From Bacteroidales bacterium (GTDB lineage Bacteria; Bacteroidota; Bacteroidia; Bacteroidales; P3): a DNA stretch of 64,000 nt. Position numbers and translations under genes: made by a program. Positions 50,116 through 58,973 of the stretch are shown here, one piece after another (the stretch's first letter is position 1; every line of letters begins with the position of its first letter). Location: the NCBI GenBank assembly GCA_017940465.1, contig JAGAYN010000044.1, positions 3,662 through 67,661 of the forward strand, written 5' to 3'. Below the pieces are notes generated by a model. That model was not told the DNA's origin. It saw only the letters and a program-made list of their open reading frames with translations, and did no database searches.

Positions 50116-50616
50116 TTAGTTGAGTTGCATCAATTCGAGCTCCTTCTGTATGAGGAGGTCAGCCTTGGGCTTGTCGCTCAGCTCGGCACGGATGAGCTTT
50201 TCCGCAATCTCGATGCTGAGGTTGGCAATCTGGTTCTTGAGTTCGTGCATGGCCTTGAGCTTCTCGTAGGTGATGTTCTCGCGGGCGTTGTCCACGATGC
50301 GGTCGGCTTCCACCTGGGCTTTGGCGCGGGCTTCTTCGACAATCTGCTCGCTGGTCTGACGGGCCGAGCGGAGCATCTCGTCGCGTTCTATTTTGGCCTG
50401 GCGGAGGAGTTCCTCGTTGTGAGCCACGAGGTTTTTCATCTCCTCGCGGGCCTTGGCGGCCTCGTTGAGCGAGGCGGCGATGGCTTCCTCGCGGCTATGG
50501 AGCGCCTTCAGGATGGCCGGCCAGCCCCATTTGATGAGGATGAAGGCCAGTATGCCGAACGACACGAGCATCCAAAAGAAGGTGCCTATGCCGGGATTAA
50601 TCAGGGGGTTGTTCAT
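50116..50616 (-). CDS. atpF: F0F1 ATP synthase subunit b
   Basis: Single N-terminal TM helix followed by a long charged helix. Confidence 0.85.
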   Translation of the reverse strand: MNNPLINPGIGTFFWMLVSFGILAFILIKWGWPAILKALHSREEAIAASLNEAAKAREEMKNLVAHNEELLRQAKIERDEMLRSARQTSEQIVEEARAKAQVEADRIVDNARENITYEKLKAMHELKNQIANLSIEIAEKLIRAELSDKPKADLLIQKELELMQLN

Positions 50617-50724
50617 TCTTCAATATATGTTAGGAGACATGCGTTGGTGCATTCTCGCTCATTGTTGTCGCTTGAAAGGGGCCGGCCAATCGCCGGCCCC
50701 GTGGTTTCATGCGGCGGCGCTTCA

Positions 50725-50997
<273 letters not shown>

Positions 50998-51034
50998 TTA
51001 TATGTTAAACCTGTTTTTTCTCAAAATTCGGGTG

Positions 51035-51042
51035 CAAAGATA
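51035..51042 (-). promoter_or_regulatory. -7 box (TATCTTTG on minus strand) immediately upstream of atpE
   Basis: The reverse complement reads TGTCTATCTTTGCACCC, about 50 nt upstream of the atpE ATG. Confidence 0.55.
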
Positions 51043-51182
51043 GACATTTTTTCACACTTAAATGTTAAATCCAAAACTTTTTTTTATCAAAAAGTTTTCA
51101 AACACCAACTAAACCACTGGAACACAACCGGAAGCGTGCCGGAAAACCGCTATCCAACGCTCCCTCTCCCACCCTCGCACCG

Positions 51183-51285
51183 CTCCGGACGGGCAGCGAC
51201 CCTATAGGTATCCCCCAGGTATCCCCTAGGTATTTACTTCGACTGAGAACCGATATGACCCTTTATGGACCATCTGAAAAAAAGT
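51183..51285 (+). repeat. 11-nt tandem-repeat intergenic element, GGTATCC subfamily, copy 2
   Basis: Units GGTATCCCCCA, GGTATCCCCTA, GGTATTTACTT (51207-51239), then CGACTGAGAACCGATATGACCC and ATGGACCA. Aligns with 14046-14155. Confidence 0.75.
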
Positions 51286-51294
51286 GGCTCGATT

Positions 51295-51327
51295 TTTTCA
51301 CCCAGACCGAAAAAAAATGTATCTTTG
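51295..51327 (+). promoter_or_regulatory. Orphan promoter-like sequence (TTTT-N21-TATCTTTG) with no downstream CDS
   Basis: GAAAAAAAATGTATCTTTGCACCC has the same context as functional promoters here. It points toward the nadB 3' end. Confidence 0.4.
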
Positions 51328-51470
51328 CACCCGCCTCCTCGTCTCCTGCCGGGGCTGCGGCAGGTGGTACTCTTCAGCACCGACGGAAAACCGGCTCTCC
51401 GCGCCGAAGCCGACGGCAGCAACCCCCTCCGCATCGACACGCGCCACCACGGCAGGCTCCAAAACAGAAC

Positions 51471-51502
51471 GGGTAGTGGTGGAATGACTCCACCCACTAC
51501 CC
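51471..51502 (-). terminator. Terminator of nadB
   Basis: GGGTAGTGGTGGA / TCCACCCACTACCC stem (one bulge) 29 nt after the nadB stop, followed on the minus strand by GTTCTGTTTTGG. Confidence 0.6.
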
Positions 51503-51530
51503 TCTTGGTTTCCACTGCACAAAGGCAACG

Positions 51531-53093
51531 CTAACGCAGGTGGTCGAGGCTGTAGTGCAGCCCCACGTTCTCCTTGCGCGCGCGCGCCATCTTTATAATA
51601 AGATAGGAGCAGGCGATAAGGTTGCGCAACTCGGAAAGGGGCTCGGTGAGGACCGAGCGGTTGTAGAGGTCCTCCGTCTCGCGGAAGATGAGGTTCAACC
51701 GGTCGAACGCGCGCTGCAGGCGCAGGTCGCTGCGGACAATGCCCACATAGTTCCACATGATCTCCTGCAGTTCGCGCTTGGTCTGCGTGATGAGAATCAT
51801 CTCCTCGTTGAGCACCATCCCCTCGGCATTCCAGTCGGGCACCCGGGCGTTGAATCCCAACACCTTGACCTCCTCGATGGCCGCCATGGCGGCATTGTGG
51901 GCATAGACCACGGCCTCCAGCAGCGAATTGGAAGCCAGGCGGTTGCCCCCGTGCAGGCCGGTGCACGAGCACTCGCCCGCGGCATAGAGGTGACGTATGG
52001 AGGACAACCCGTTGCAATCCACCTTGATGCCGCCGCACTGGTAGTGGGCCGCCGGGCGGATGGGAATCATGTCCTTCGTGATGTCGATGCCTACGGAAAG
52101 GCACTTGGCATAGATGGTGGGGAAGCCCTCGATGAGCTGTTGGCGTCCTATGGGTCGCGCATCCAGGTAGAGGTACTCCCTGCCGCTGGTCTTCATCTCG
52201 TTGTCGATGGCGCGGGCCACGATGTCGCGTGGCGCCAGCGAGAGGCGCTTGTCGTATTTCTGCATGAACTCCTTCCCGTCGCGGTCCTTCAGGATGGCCC
52301 CCGCGCCGCGCATGGCCTCGGTGATGAGGAAGGCGGGCTTCTCGGCCGGATTGTAGAGGCTGGTGGGATGGAACTGCATGAATTCCAAGTCGCTGAGCAC
52401 GCCGCGGGCACGATGCACCATGGCCACGCCGTCGCCGGTGGAGATGACGGGGGTGGTGGTGGTGGTGTAGACGTTGCCCATGCCGCCGGTGGCCAGGAGG
52501 GTCACCTTGGCCAGGTAGGTATCGATGCGGTTGGTGTCGCAATCGAGGGCGTAGACCCCATAGCACTCGATGCCGGGCGTGTGCTTGGTGACGCGCTGCC
52601 CGAGGTGGTGCTGGGTGATGATGTCGATGGCGAACTGGCGTTCCTTAATCTCTATGTTGGGATGGTTGCGGGCAGCCTCCAGCAGGCCGCGCTCGATCTC
52701 CTCGCCGGTGTTGTCCTTGTGGTGGAGGATGCGGAACTCGCTGTGCCCGCCCTCGCGGTGCAGGTCGAAGCGGTCGCCTTGCAGGTCGCGGTCGAAGCCC
52801 ACGCCGTACTGCACCAGCTCGCGGATGCGGTCGGGGGCCTGGCGGATGGTCATCTCCACCACCTCGCGGTCGCAGATGCCGTCGCCCGCCACAAGGGTGT
52901 CCTGGATATGCTTGTCGAAGGAGTCGCTGTCGTACATGACGGCGGCGATCCCGCCCTGCGCATAGCGCGTGCTCCCCTCGCGGGCCTCGCCCTTCGACAG
53001 GACACACACCTTGCCGTAAGGGGCCACCTTGAGGGCAAAACTCAAGCCGGCGATGCCGGAGCCGACAACCAGAAAGTCTACTTCGTATCTCAT
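51531..53093 (-). CDS. nadB: L-aspartate oxidase
   Basis: DFLVVGSGIAGLS FAD fold and YAQGGIAA. Flavoprotein homologous to SdhA but about 520 aa. Confidence 0.92.
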   Translation of the reverse strand: MRYEVDFLVVGSGIAGLSFALKVAPYGKVCVLSKGEAREGSTRYAQGGIAAVMYDSDSFDKHIQDTLVAGDGICDREVVEMTIRQAPDRIRELVQYGVGFDRDLQGDRFDLHREGGHSEFRILHHKDNTGEEIERGLLEAARNHPNIEIKERQFAIDIITQHHLGQRVTKHTPGIECYGVYALDCDTNRIDTYLAKVTLLATGGMGNVYTTTTTPVISTGDGVAMVHRARGVLSDLEFMQFHPTSLYNPAEKPAFLITEAMRGAGAILKDRDGKEFMQKYDKRLSLAPRDIVARAIDNEMKTSGREYLYLDARPIGRQQLIEGFPTIYAKCLSVGIDITKDMIPIRPAAHYQCGGIKVDCNGLSSIRHLYAAGECSCTGLHGGNRLASNSLLEAVVYAHNAAMAAIEEVKVLGFNARVPDWNAEGMVLNEEMILITQTKRELQEIMWNYVGIVRSDLRLQRAFDRLNLIFRETEDLYNRSVLTEPLSELRNLIACSYLIIKMARARKENVGLHYSLDHLR

Positions 53094-53971
53094 ATCGAGC
53101 TAACCAGTGCAATGCGGAAGCCTACCGTCGGATCCCTGTCGTCCTTGTGTCTCTCGGTCCGGACGGCAATACGGCTACGGTTGATGTTCTGCATGTAACT
53201 CGCCCCGCGGACTGCCATGCTCTCGTTCTCAGTGTCTCCGGCAGGGTCGTCTTCTTCATCCTCGATGTACATCATGTATCCCGACGAGGTCCACTCCCAC
53301 ACGTTGCCCGTCATGTCGTAGAGTCCCAACGCATTAGGCCACTTCTGGGCCACCGGGTGCATGCGGCGCTCCTGGGTGAGGAGACCGTCCTTCTTGTACT
53401 CTATCCATGAGTTGCCGTAGTACCAAGCCACCTTGTCCAGATCGTTGCTTCCGGCATAGAGGGTCTGCACCTCGGGCGCCACATGGCCTCCGCGGGCGGC
53501 ATACTCCCACTGCGCCTCGGTGGGGACGGTGAAACTCTGGTGCCTCGCCTCATTGAGGAGCACAATGAAATCGGCAATCTGCCCCATGCTGAGGTTCACC
53601 ATAGGATAGTCGGCACTGTCCTGATCCATCAGGTAGCGCGTACCCATTATGGCATGGTACTGCTTCTGCGTTATCGGTGTAGCGCTGATGTAGAAGTCCT
53701 TGTTGATATTCACCCTGTGGGCCGGACGCTCGTTGGGGCGCGCCAGGAGGGTGTCGTCGCCATCCGAGCCCATGATGAAGGAGCCTGCCTTGACAAGCAC
53801 CATGTCTATGACTACATCCGTGCCCTGGATTTCAAGGCCCACCTTCTCCACTCCCTCGACAGGGTAAGGGCACACCTCGGAGGAGGTGGTCACTGTATTC
53901 TCTTCGCAGGCCACGCCCAGCAAGGCCATCACGAGCGCCGCCAGGGCGGCCATAAGAGTGCTTTTTCTCAT
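53090..53971 (-). CDS. Formylglycine-generating enzyme (SUMF1) family lipoprotein
   Basis: ATG 53971 gives MRKSTLMAALAALVMALLGVAC. Motifs NERPAHRVNI, GNVWEWT, RGASY. Its stop overlaps the nadB start by 4 nt. Confidence 0.8.
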   Translation of the reverse strand: MRKSTLMAALAALVMALLGVACEENTVTTSSEVCPYPVEGVEKVGLEIQGTDVVIDMVLVKAGSFIMGSDGDDTLLARPNERPAHRVNINKDFYISATPITQKQYHAIMGTRYLMDQDSADYPMVNLSMGQIADFIVLLNEARHQSFTVPTEAQWEYAARGGHVAPEVQTLYAGSNDLDKVAWYYGNSWIEYKKDGLLTQERRMHPVAQKWPNALGLYDMTGNVWEWTSSGYMMYIEDEEDDPAGDTENESMAVRGASYMQNINRSRIAVRTERHKDDRDPTVGFRIALVSSI

Positions 53972-54105
53972 CGCTGTTTTGTTTTGATACGGTGTTGTTG
54001 TCGGTCTCAATTCGGCTGCAAAGGTACAAATATTCTTTCAACTGGCAAAATATTTTTGCTCCCATAGCCGTCCGAAGCCCTCAGCACAGGGCGGACTGGG
54101 CGACG

Positions 54106-54480
54106 TCAGTCGGTCACGAAATTGCCCAGAAGGGCCTGCGCGGTGTATACCTTCATCCTGTCCAGTTTGCCTGTAGCGATGGCCTTGCGCAGCAGGGCGC
54201 GGGCCTTGGTGAGGTCCTCGGGGACACCGACAGCATAGTAGTAGCAAAGGGCAAGGCTGTAGAGCCCGTCCGGGTCGTTCTGCTCCGCGGCACGGGTGTA
54301 CCACTTGACAGCCTCCACGGAATCCACGGCGGTGCCGATTCCTTTCTCATAGCATCGTCCCAACTGGAACTGTGCCTGGGGGTCGCCTTGCTCGGCAGCG
54401 GTACGGTAGTCGGCGGCACTCTGTGCCAGGGCGGCGGCTCCTGCAAGGAGCATCAGCGCAAGGGTGAGAATCTTTTTCAT
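54106..54480 (-). CDS. Sel1-like repeat protein, secreted
   Basis: Signal peptide MKKILTLALMLLAGAAALAQ. Sel1 units (AQFQLGRCYEKGIG...AVKWYTRAAEQ). Confidence 0.8.
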   Translation of the reverse strand: MKKILTLALMLLAGAAALAQSAADYRTAAEQGDPQAQFQLGRCYEKGIGTAVDSVEAVKWYTRAAEQNDPDGLYSLALCYYYAVGVPEDLTKARALLRKAIATGKLDRMKVYTAQALLGNFVTD

Positions 54481-54507
54481 CGTTGTATCTTTTTATGGAT
54501 TAGTGAA

Positions 54508-55302
54508 TTAATTTCTCGGCAGGAAGCGAATCTCCTCCGGGTTGATCAAACCCAGCGAGAGGGCTTTGGCGACACGTGCGGCGCTCTTGTTCACAATGTC
54601 GAGGCGACGCGAGAGGTCCTTCTGGCGTTCCTGGACGGACTTGTCGCTCTCCTCCAAGCGGGAGGCAATCTCGCTGGCGGTACAGCCGGCGGCTTCCAGC
54701 AGGAGGAGGGTACGCTCGGCCGGAGCGAGCTCCACATAGTCCGTGCTGCCCACAAGGTTGAAATAATGCTCGGCCGCCTCCTTGAGGGTCATCATGACCG
54801 GGTAGTTGAAATAGAACTGCTCGCCACGCTCCAGGCAGGCGATGGCGCGCAGGATGTTCTCTATGGCGAATCCTCCGGCGGCATTCTTGCTTACGAAGGC
54901 ACTGGCTCCCAGACGCAAAGCCTCCATCACCACGCGCCCGATCTCGATCACCCGCTGCGCCCGCCGCTCCTCGGTGGAGAGGGGGTGGTCGAAACGTCCG
55001 GAGAAGATGATGATCCGCACCTGGGGATACTGCTCGTGGATGCGGCGTGCGATGAGCAGTCCGCCGGTGGGTTCCCCTTGGAACTCCATGTCCACCAGCA
55101 GGTAATCAGGCACCTCGGCCGTCTCCAGCGCCGCCATCAGGCTGGGTCCCGAGGCAAAAGTGTCCACCATCTCCACACGGCGCAACTCGGTGCCCAGGTC
55201 GTCGCCCGATTCCACCGTGGCGCCCCGTTCGTTCATCTCCATTCGGACGGCCTTGCGTATCAGGGGCTCGTCGTCCACCATCATGACTCTAATATTGCTC
55301 AT
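54508..55302 (-). CDS. Response regulator with LuxR/GerE-type HTH
   Basis: Receiver domain (VMMVDDEPLIR, acceptor Asp in YLLVDMEF) and a C-terminal HTH (LAPAERTLLLLEAAGCTASEIASRL). Confidence 0.8.
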   Translation of the reverse strand: MSNIRVMMVDDEPLIRKAVRMEMNERGATVESGDDLGTELRRVEMVDTFASGPSLMAALETAEVPDYLLVDMEFQGEPTGGLLIARRIHEQYPQVRIIIFSGRFDHPLSTEERRAQRVIEIGRVVMEALRLGASAFVSKNAAGGFAIENILRAIACLERGEQFYFNYPVMMTLKEAAEHYFNLVGSTDYVELAPAERTLLLLEAAGCTASEIASRLEESDKSVQERQKDLSRRLDIVNKSAARVAKALSLGLINPEEIRFLPRN

Positions 55303-57257
55303 ACAGTATGCTGTTTTTCAGCCAACAGGACATGCATCCGCGTGCCTTTGCCCACCTCGCTCTCGGCCCAGATCTTGCATCCGCGGCGGGTGTGGTCGTC
55401 GTGTTTCTTGACAATGTAGCGACAGAGGATGAGACCGAAGCCGTGGTCGCCGTCGGGTCGGTCGGCCCGGAAGAGCGCCTCCAGCTGTCCGGCGGCCATT
55501 CCGCTGCCGGTATCGGCCACGGTGAGCTGCACCATGCCGTTCTCTTCCTTTGCAGCCGAGAGGGTTACACTTCCCAGAGAGGTGTGCTGCAAGGCGTTGT
55601 TCACCAGGTTGCGGAGCAGGATGGTCACCAGCAGGCGGTCGCCCCAAAGGTGCAGCGGCGTAGGCTCCACCCGTAGGCTGACCCCTTCGGCCGGACTCAC
55701 CACCTGCCGCCCCACCTCGTCCAGCACCTCCTGCAGAGGGAAGGTGGAGGGGCTGAATGTCAGCCCGCTGGGTATGGAGAGCGAAGTCCAGTTCTTGATA
55801 TTGTCGAAGGTGCGCAGCAGCTGCTCCAGCACTTCCGACCGCAGCTCGGGTGCGAGACTGGGATTGCGCAGGTAACCTATGAAGGGGCTGATGTCGTGGC
55901 GCATCACGCTGAGGCAGGTCTCCACGTTGGCAATGCGCTCCACATCGCGCCGCTTGGCCTCCTCCAGTTGCTGCTTTTCACGCCGCAAACGTCTGAAACT
56001 GAACCACAGCAATGCCGTCAGCACCGCCAGCGCCACCAACAGCAGGCTCACCACCATCGCGGTGCGGGTCATCCAGCGGCTGCGGCGGCCCAGGGTCTCC
56101 AGGTGCTGCTGCAGGGCGAAGTCTTCCTGCTCGTTCTGCTTGATGTAGTCCTGTAGTTCGACGTAATGTTCATACCAACGCCGCGCCTCGTCGGGGGTGG
56201 AGGCCATGCGGCTGCGCAGGAGCACGTCGAAAAGGCCCACTTCCATCTTGGGGGCCGAGAAGGGGGGCCACGTGCCGCGCATGTCCAGCCACTCGCGCAG
56301 CACGCGATGGGCTGTGGATGTGTCGCTTACAAGAAGTGCATAGCGTGCCGTGGAGGTGACGCCGCCCAGCATCTGGTAGGGGTCGCCGTAGTCGAAGAAG
56401 GTGCGGCGTGCCTCGTCATAGAGTGCCAGCACCGTGTCCGGCGGCACCTCGCCCGGCAGGCTCCGCAGGGCGTAGGCTTCCATCTGCATCGTGTTGGCCA
56501 GATGGTAGAGGTCGGGACCCGCGAGCTCCAGTATTCCATAGTTCAAGTCGCAGTATTCCAATGCCGTGAGGCTCTCGCCCGCACTCTGCCAGCCGTAGGC
56601 CAGGGCATAGTTGAGCGCCATGTCCTGCGCATAGTCCACCTGCAGTTGCGGCCTCAGTTCCTCCACCTCGGCCAGCAGCGTCCGCACATCGGCCTCCTTG
56701 CCGTCGCGGTAGTGGTAGTTGAGGGTGAGCAGGGTGATGTAGTATTCCGATTGCGCGTAACTATATAATATGTTGTCGCGGCTGTGTTCCAGCACCCCGC
56801 TTTTCTCCACATTGTACAGCAGGCGGTAGCTGTCGGCCAGCTGGCAGTTGCGCTGCAGCAGGCGGGCGGCGACCAGTTGGTGGATAACCCACTCGATATC
56901 ACCGTTCTGCATCGACGCCTGGCGCAGGTGCGCCAGTTTGTCCTCCATGTCGAGCATGGTCCTCGCGTTTGAGTAGTCCGACATGAGGAAGTAGGCAAAC
57001 GCCTTGTTGTTGCAGGCCCGCAACTGACCGTCCACATACCCGGGCAGCGAGTCCTGTATGTAGCGTAGCGCACTGTCGGACAGTTCAATGCAGCGCATCG
57101 GATCGCGGTAGCGGCAGAGGAACGCCTCGCGGTTGATGCCGTCGGCACGCGACCGCCTCAACCCGTCGGTTTTCTCTCCCCCGCCGCACGCAGAAAGCAG
57201 TAAGACTGCGCACAATAGGGCCAATTTGCAACCTTGTTTCACATTGCAAAAGTACAT
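55299..57257 (-). CDS. Sensor histidine kinase with N-terminal TPR-like extracytoplasmic domain
   Basis: Lipobox LLLSAC. TM helix near aa 400. H-box MRHDISPF. HATPase_c blocks (NLVNNALQHT, DTGSGM, GFGLIL). Overlaps the regulator gene by 4 nt. Confidence 0.85.
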   Translation of the reverse strand: MYFCNVKQGCKLALLCAVLLLSACGGGEKTDGLRRSRADGINREAFLCRYRDPMRCIELSDSALRYIQDSLPGYVDGQLRACNNKAFAYFLMSDYSNARTMLDMEDKLAHLRQASMQNGDIEWVIHQLVAARLLQRNCQLADSYRLLYNVEKSGVLEHSRDNILYSYAQSEYYITLLTLNYHYRDGKEADVRTLLAEVEELRPQLQVDYAQDMALNYALAYGWQSAGESLTALEYCDLNYGILELAGPDLYHLANTMQMEAYALRSLPGEVPPDTVLALYDEARRTFFDYGDPYQMLGGVTSTARYALLVSDTSTAHRVLREWLDMRGTWPPFSAPKMEVGLFDVLLRSRMASTPDEARRWYEHYVELQDYIKQNEQEDFALQQHLETLGRRSRWMTRTAMVVSLLLVALAVLTALLWFSFRRLRREKQQLEEAKRRDVERIANVETCLSVMRHDISPFIGYLRNPSLAPELRSEVLEQLLRTFDNIKNWTSLSIPSGLTFSPSTFPLQEVLDEVGRQVVSPAEGVSLRVEPTPLHLWGDRLLVTILLRNLVNNALQHTSLGSVTLSAAKEENGMVQLTVADTGSGMAAGQLEALFRADRPDGDHGFGLILCRYIVKKHDDHTRRGCKIWAESEVGKGTRMHVLLAEKQHTV

Positions 57258-57315
57258 ATTTTTTTTGAATTACAAACTAAAAATCACGATTTTATGCCAC
57301 AGCCACAAAAAAAAA

Positions 57316-57347
57316 TTTGGCCGGTTCGGAAAAAGTGCGTACCTTTG
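57316..57347 (+). promoter_or_regulatory. Promoter of tRNA-Cys (TTTG-N20-TACCTTTG)
   Basis: -33 at 57316-57319 and -7 at 57340-57347. The mature tRNA starts at 57371. Confidence 0.6.
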
Positions 57348-57370
57348 CAGCCGAAAACAATGCCAAAGAG

Positions 57371-57441
57371 GGTCGTTTGGCCGAGGGGCTAGGCACAGGT
57401 CTGCAAAACCTGCTACTCCGGTTCAAATCCGGAAGCGACCT
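57371..57441 (+). tRNA. tRNA-Cys (GCA)
   Basis: Hand-folded cloverleaf: acceptor GGTCGTT/AGCGACC, anticodon arm CAGGT-CTGCAAA-ACCTG (anticodon GCA), T arm TCCGG-TTCAAAT-CCGGA, discriminator U. CCA is not encoded. Confidence 0.9.
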
Positions 57442-57450
57442 CAACGAAAA

Positions 57451-57480
57451 AGGAACCTGCTGTCAGGTTCCTTTTTTCTT
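57451..57480. terminator. Bidirectional terminator between tRNA-Cys and ddl
   Basis: AGGAACCTG / CAGGTTCCT stem, preceded by AAAA and followed by TTTTTCTTTTT. Confidence 0.8.
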
Positions 57481-57498
57481 TTTCACTCTTCCCTGCCG

Positions 57499-58500
57499 TC
57501 AGTCGGCAAGCGCCGCCTCGATGGCCATCCCGTAGAGTTCCGCCGGGCTGATGCCCATCGCCCGCGCCTGCTTGGGGACGATGCTTTCGGCGCTCTGGCC
57601 GGGTATCGTGTTCACCTCCAGGAAGTAGAGTTCCTTGGCGCCGGTGTCGTAGATGTAGTCGAAGCGCACGATGCCGCGGCAACCCAGCAGGTCGTACAGC
57701 CTTGCCGACACCTCCTGTATGTGCTTCGACACCTCCTCTTCCACCTCGGCAGGCGTCACCTCGTTGCTGAATCCCTCATACTTGGCCTCATAGTCGAAAA
57801 ACTCGTGCCCGCCGAGGGGGATGATCTCGGTGATGGGGAACACCAGTTTCTCGCGACCAGTGAAGAACACTCCGCAGTCGAATTCGCGCCCCGTGATGCA
57901 CTCCTCCACCATCACCTGCCGGTCCTCGCCGAAGGCCGTGCGCACGGCCGCAAGCAGTTCCTCCGGCCGCTTCACCTTGGTGGTGGCCACGCTGCTGCCA
58001 CCGGCGGCGGGCTTCACGAATAGGGGGTAGCGCAGGGAGGCCGTCATGTCGGCAAGTTTCTGTGCCTCAGGCTCCTCGTAGAGCAGCACCGACCGGGCCA
58101 CCTTCACCAGCCCTGTGGCAGCCACCACGGGGTTGCAGTAGCCCTTGTGGAAAGTCAGACTGGAGGTGTAAAAGCCACAGGTAGTGTATTTTATACCAAG
58201 CATGTCGAAGTAGCCCTGCAGCACGCCGTTCTCGCCCGGGTTTCCGTGGATGATGATGAAAGCCAGGTCGAAACGCACTTGGCGTCCGTCGATGGTGATG
58301 CTGAAGTCGTTCCTGTCCACCGGCAGTTTCGCGCCGTCGGGCGCGAGGCCGTACCACTCCGCGCGCGTGATTACTATCTTATACACGTTGTATCGCCCGT
58401 GGTCCAACTGTTCAAACACCTGGTTTCCACTGGCTATCGAGATGTCAAACTCGCCGCTGTACCCCCCCATCACGAGGGCTATGTTCTTCTTCGTCATCAT
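57499..58500 (-). CDS. ddl: D-alanine--D-alanine ligase
   Basis: MMTKKNIALVMGGYSGEFDISIASG and an ATP-grasp body (LFVKPAAGGSSV, EVNTIPG). Confidence 0.92.
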   Translation of the reverse strand: MMTKKNIALVMGGYSGEFDISIASGNQVFEQLDHGRYNVYKIVITRAEWYGLAPDGAKLPVDRNDFSITIDGRQVRFDLAFIIIHGNPGENGVLQGYFDMLGIKYTTCGFYTSSLTFHKGYCNPVVAATGLVKVARSVLLYEEPEAQKLADMTASLRYPLFVKPAAGGSSVATTKVKRPEELLAAVRTAFGEDRQVMVEECITGREFDCGVFFTGREKLVFPITEIIPLGGHEFFDYEAKYEGFSNEVTPAEVEEEVSKHIQEVSARLYDLLGCRGIVRFDYIYDTGAKELYFLEVNTIPGQSAESIVPKQARAMGISPAELYGMAIEAALAD

Positions 58501-58607
58501 GTTGGTTTTTGCCCTTGTAACGCACACCCCCGCCTGTTTATTGCCTACCGATATATGTTTTCATGCGTAGAATGACAGCTCACGGATCGCGGCAGCCAAA
58601 ATATTTT

Positions 58608-58893
58608 TTTGCCGTATGAGAAAAAGTTTGTACTTTTGCACCCGCAAACCGCCGAGACATGGTTTGCCGAGAAAGTTGCATTTTTCGCCTTATTCCGAGT
58701 TTGTGAACTTGGCCGTTCATCAATAATGATATGTAGGAATAATAGGGAAGATGAATGCTCCTGTTTGGAATGTATGCACATGAGATACATCCAGTGTGGA
58801 GCGAATCATTAAACCATTATTTTATATCATTGGGAGGCCAAGCCCACACAAACAAAATAGTGCCAAGAATGGATGGCTCCACTTTCTTCGTTG
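58608..58893 (+). ncRNA. Conserved promoter + structured 5' leader element, copy B
   Basis: TTTG (58608-58611), 19 nt, TACTTTTG (58631-58638). Conserved blocks and helices are described in the findings. Ends 80 nt before the ATG at 58974. Confidence 0.6.
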
Positions 58894-58973
58894 CGTAAAA
58901 CTATCCCTCCCGTGCCGTGGGGAACAACTCAACAGCGACGGGCCGATGCTTTATAACCGGCTACAAAAAACCA

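Noticed and set aside
58609-58812. Small ORFs inside the leader elements (58609..58812, 67 aa; 61080..61331, 83 aa; 8346..8846 crossing copy A) that share the peptide-like string FAEKVAFFALF.
   Set aside because: Their ATG codons lie upstream of the predicted -7 box. Copy A has no equivalent start. 1-nt indels shift the frame while nucleotide similarity continues. The similarity is therefore at the nucleotide level, not the protein level.
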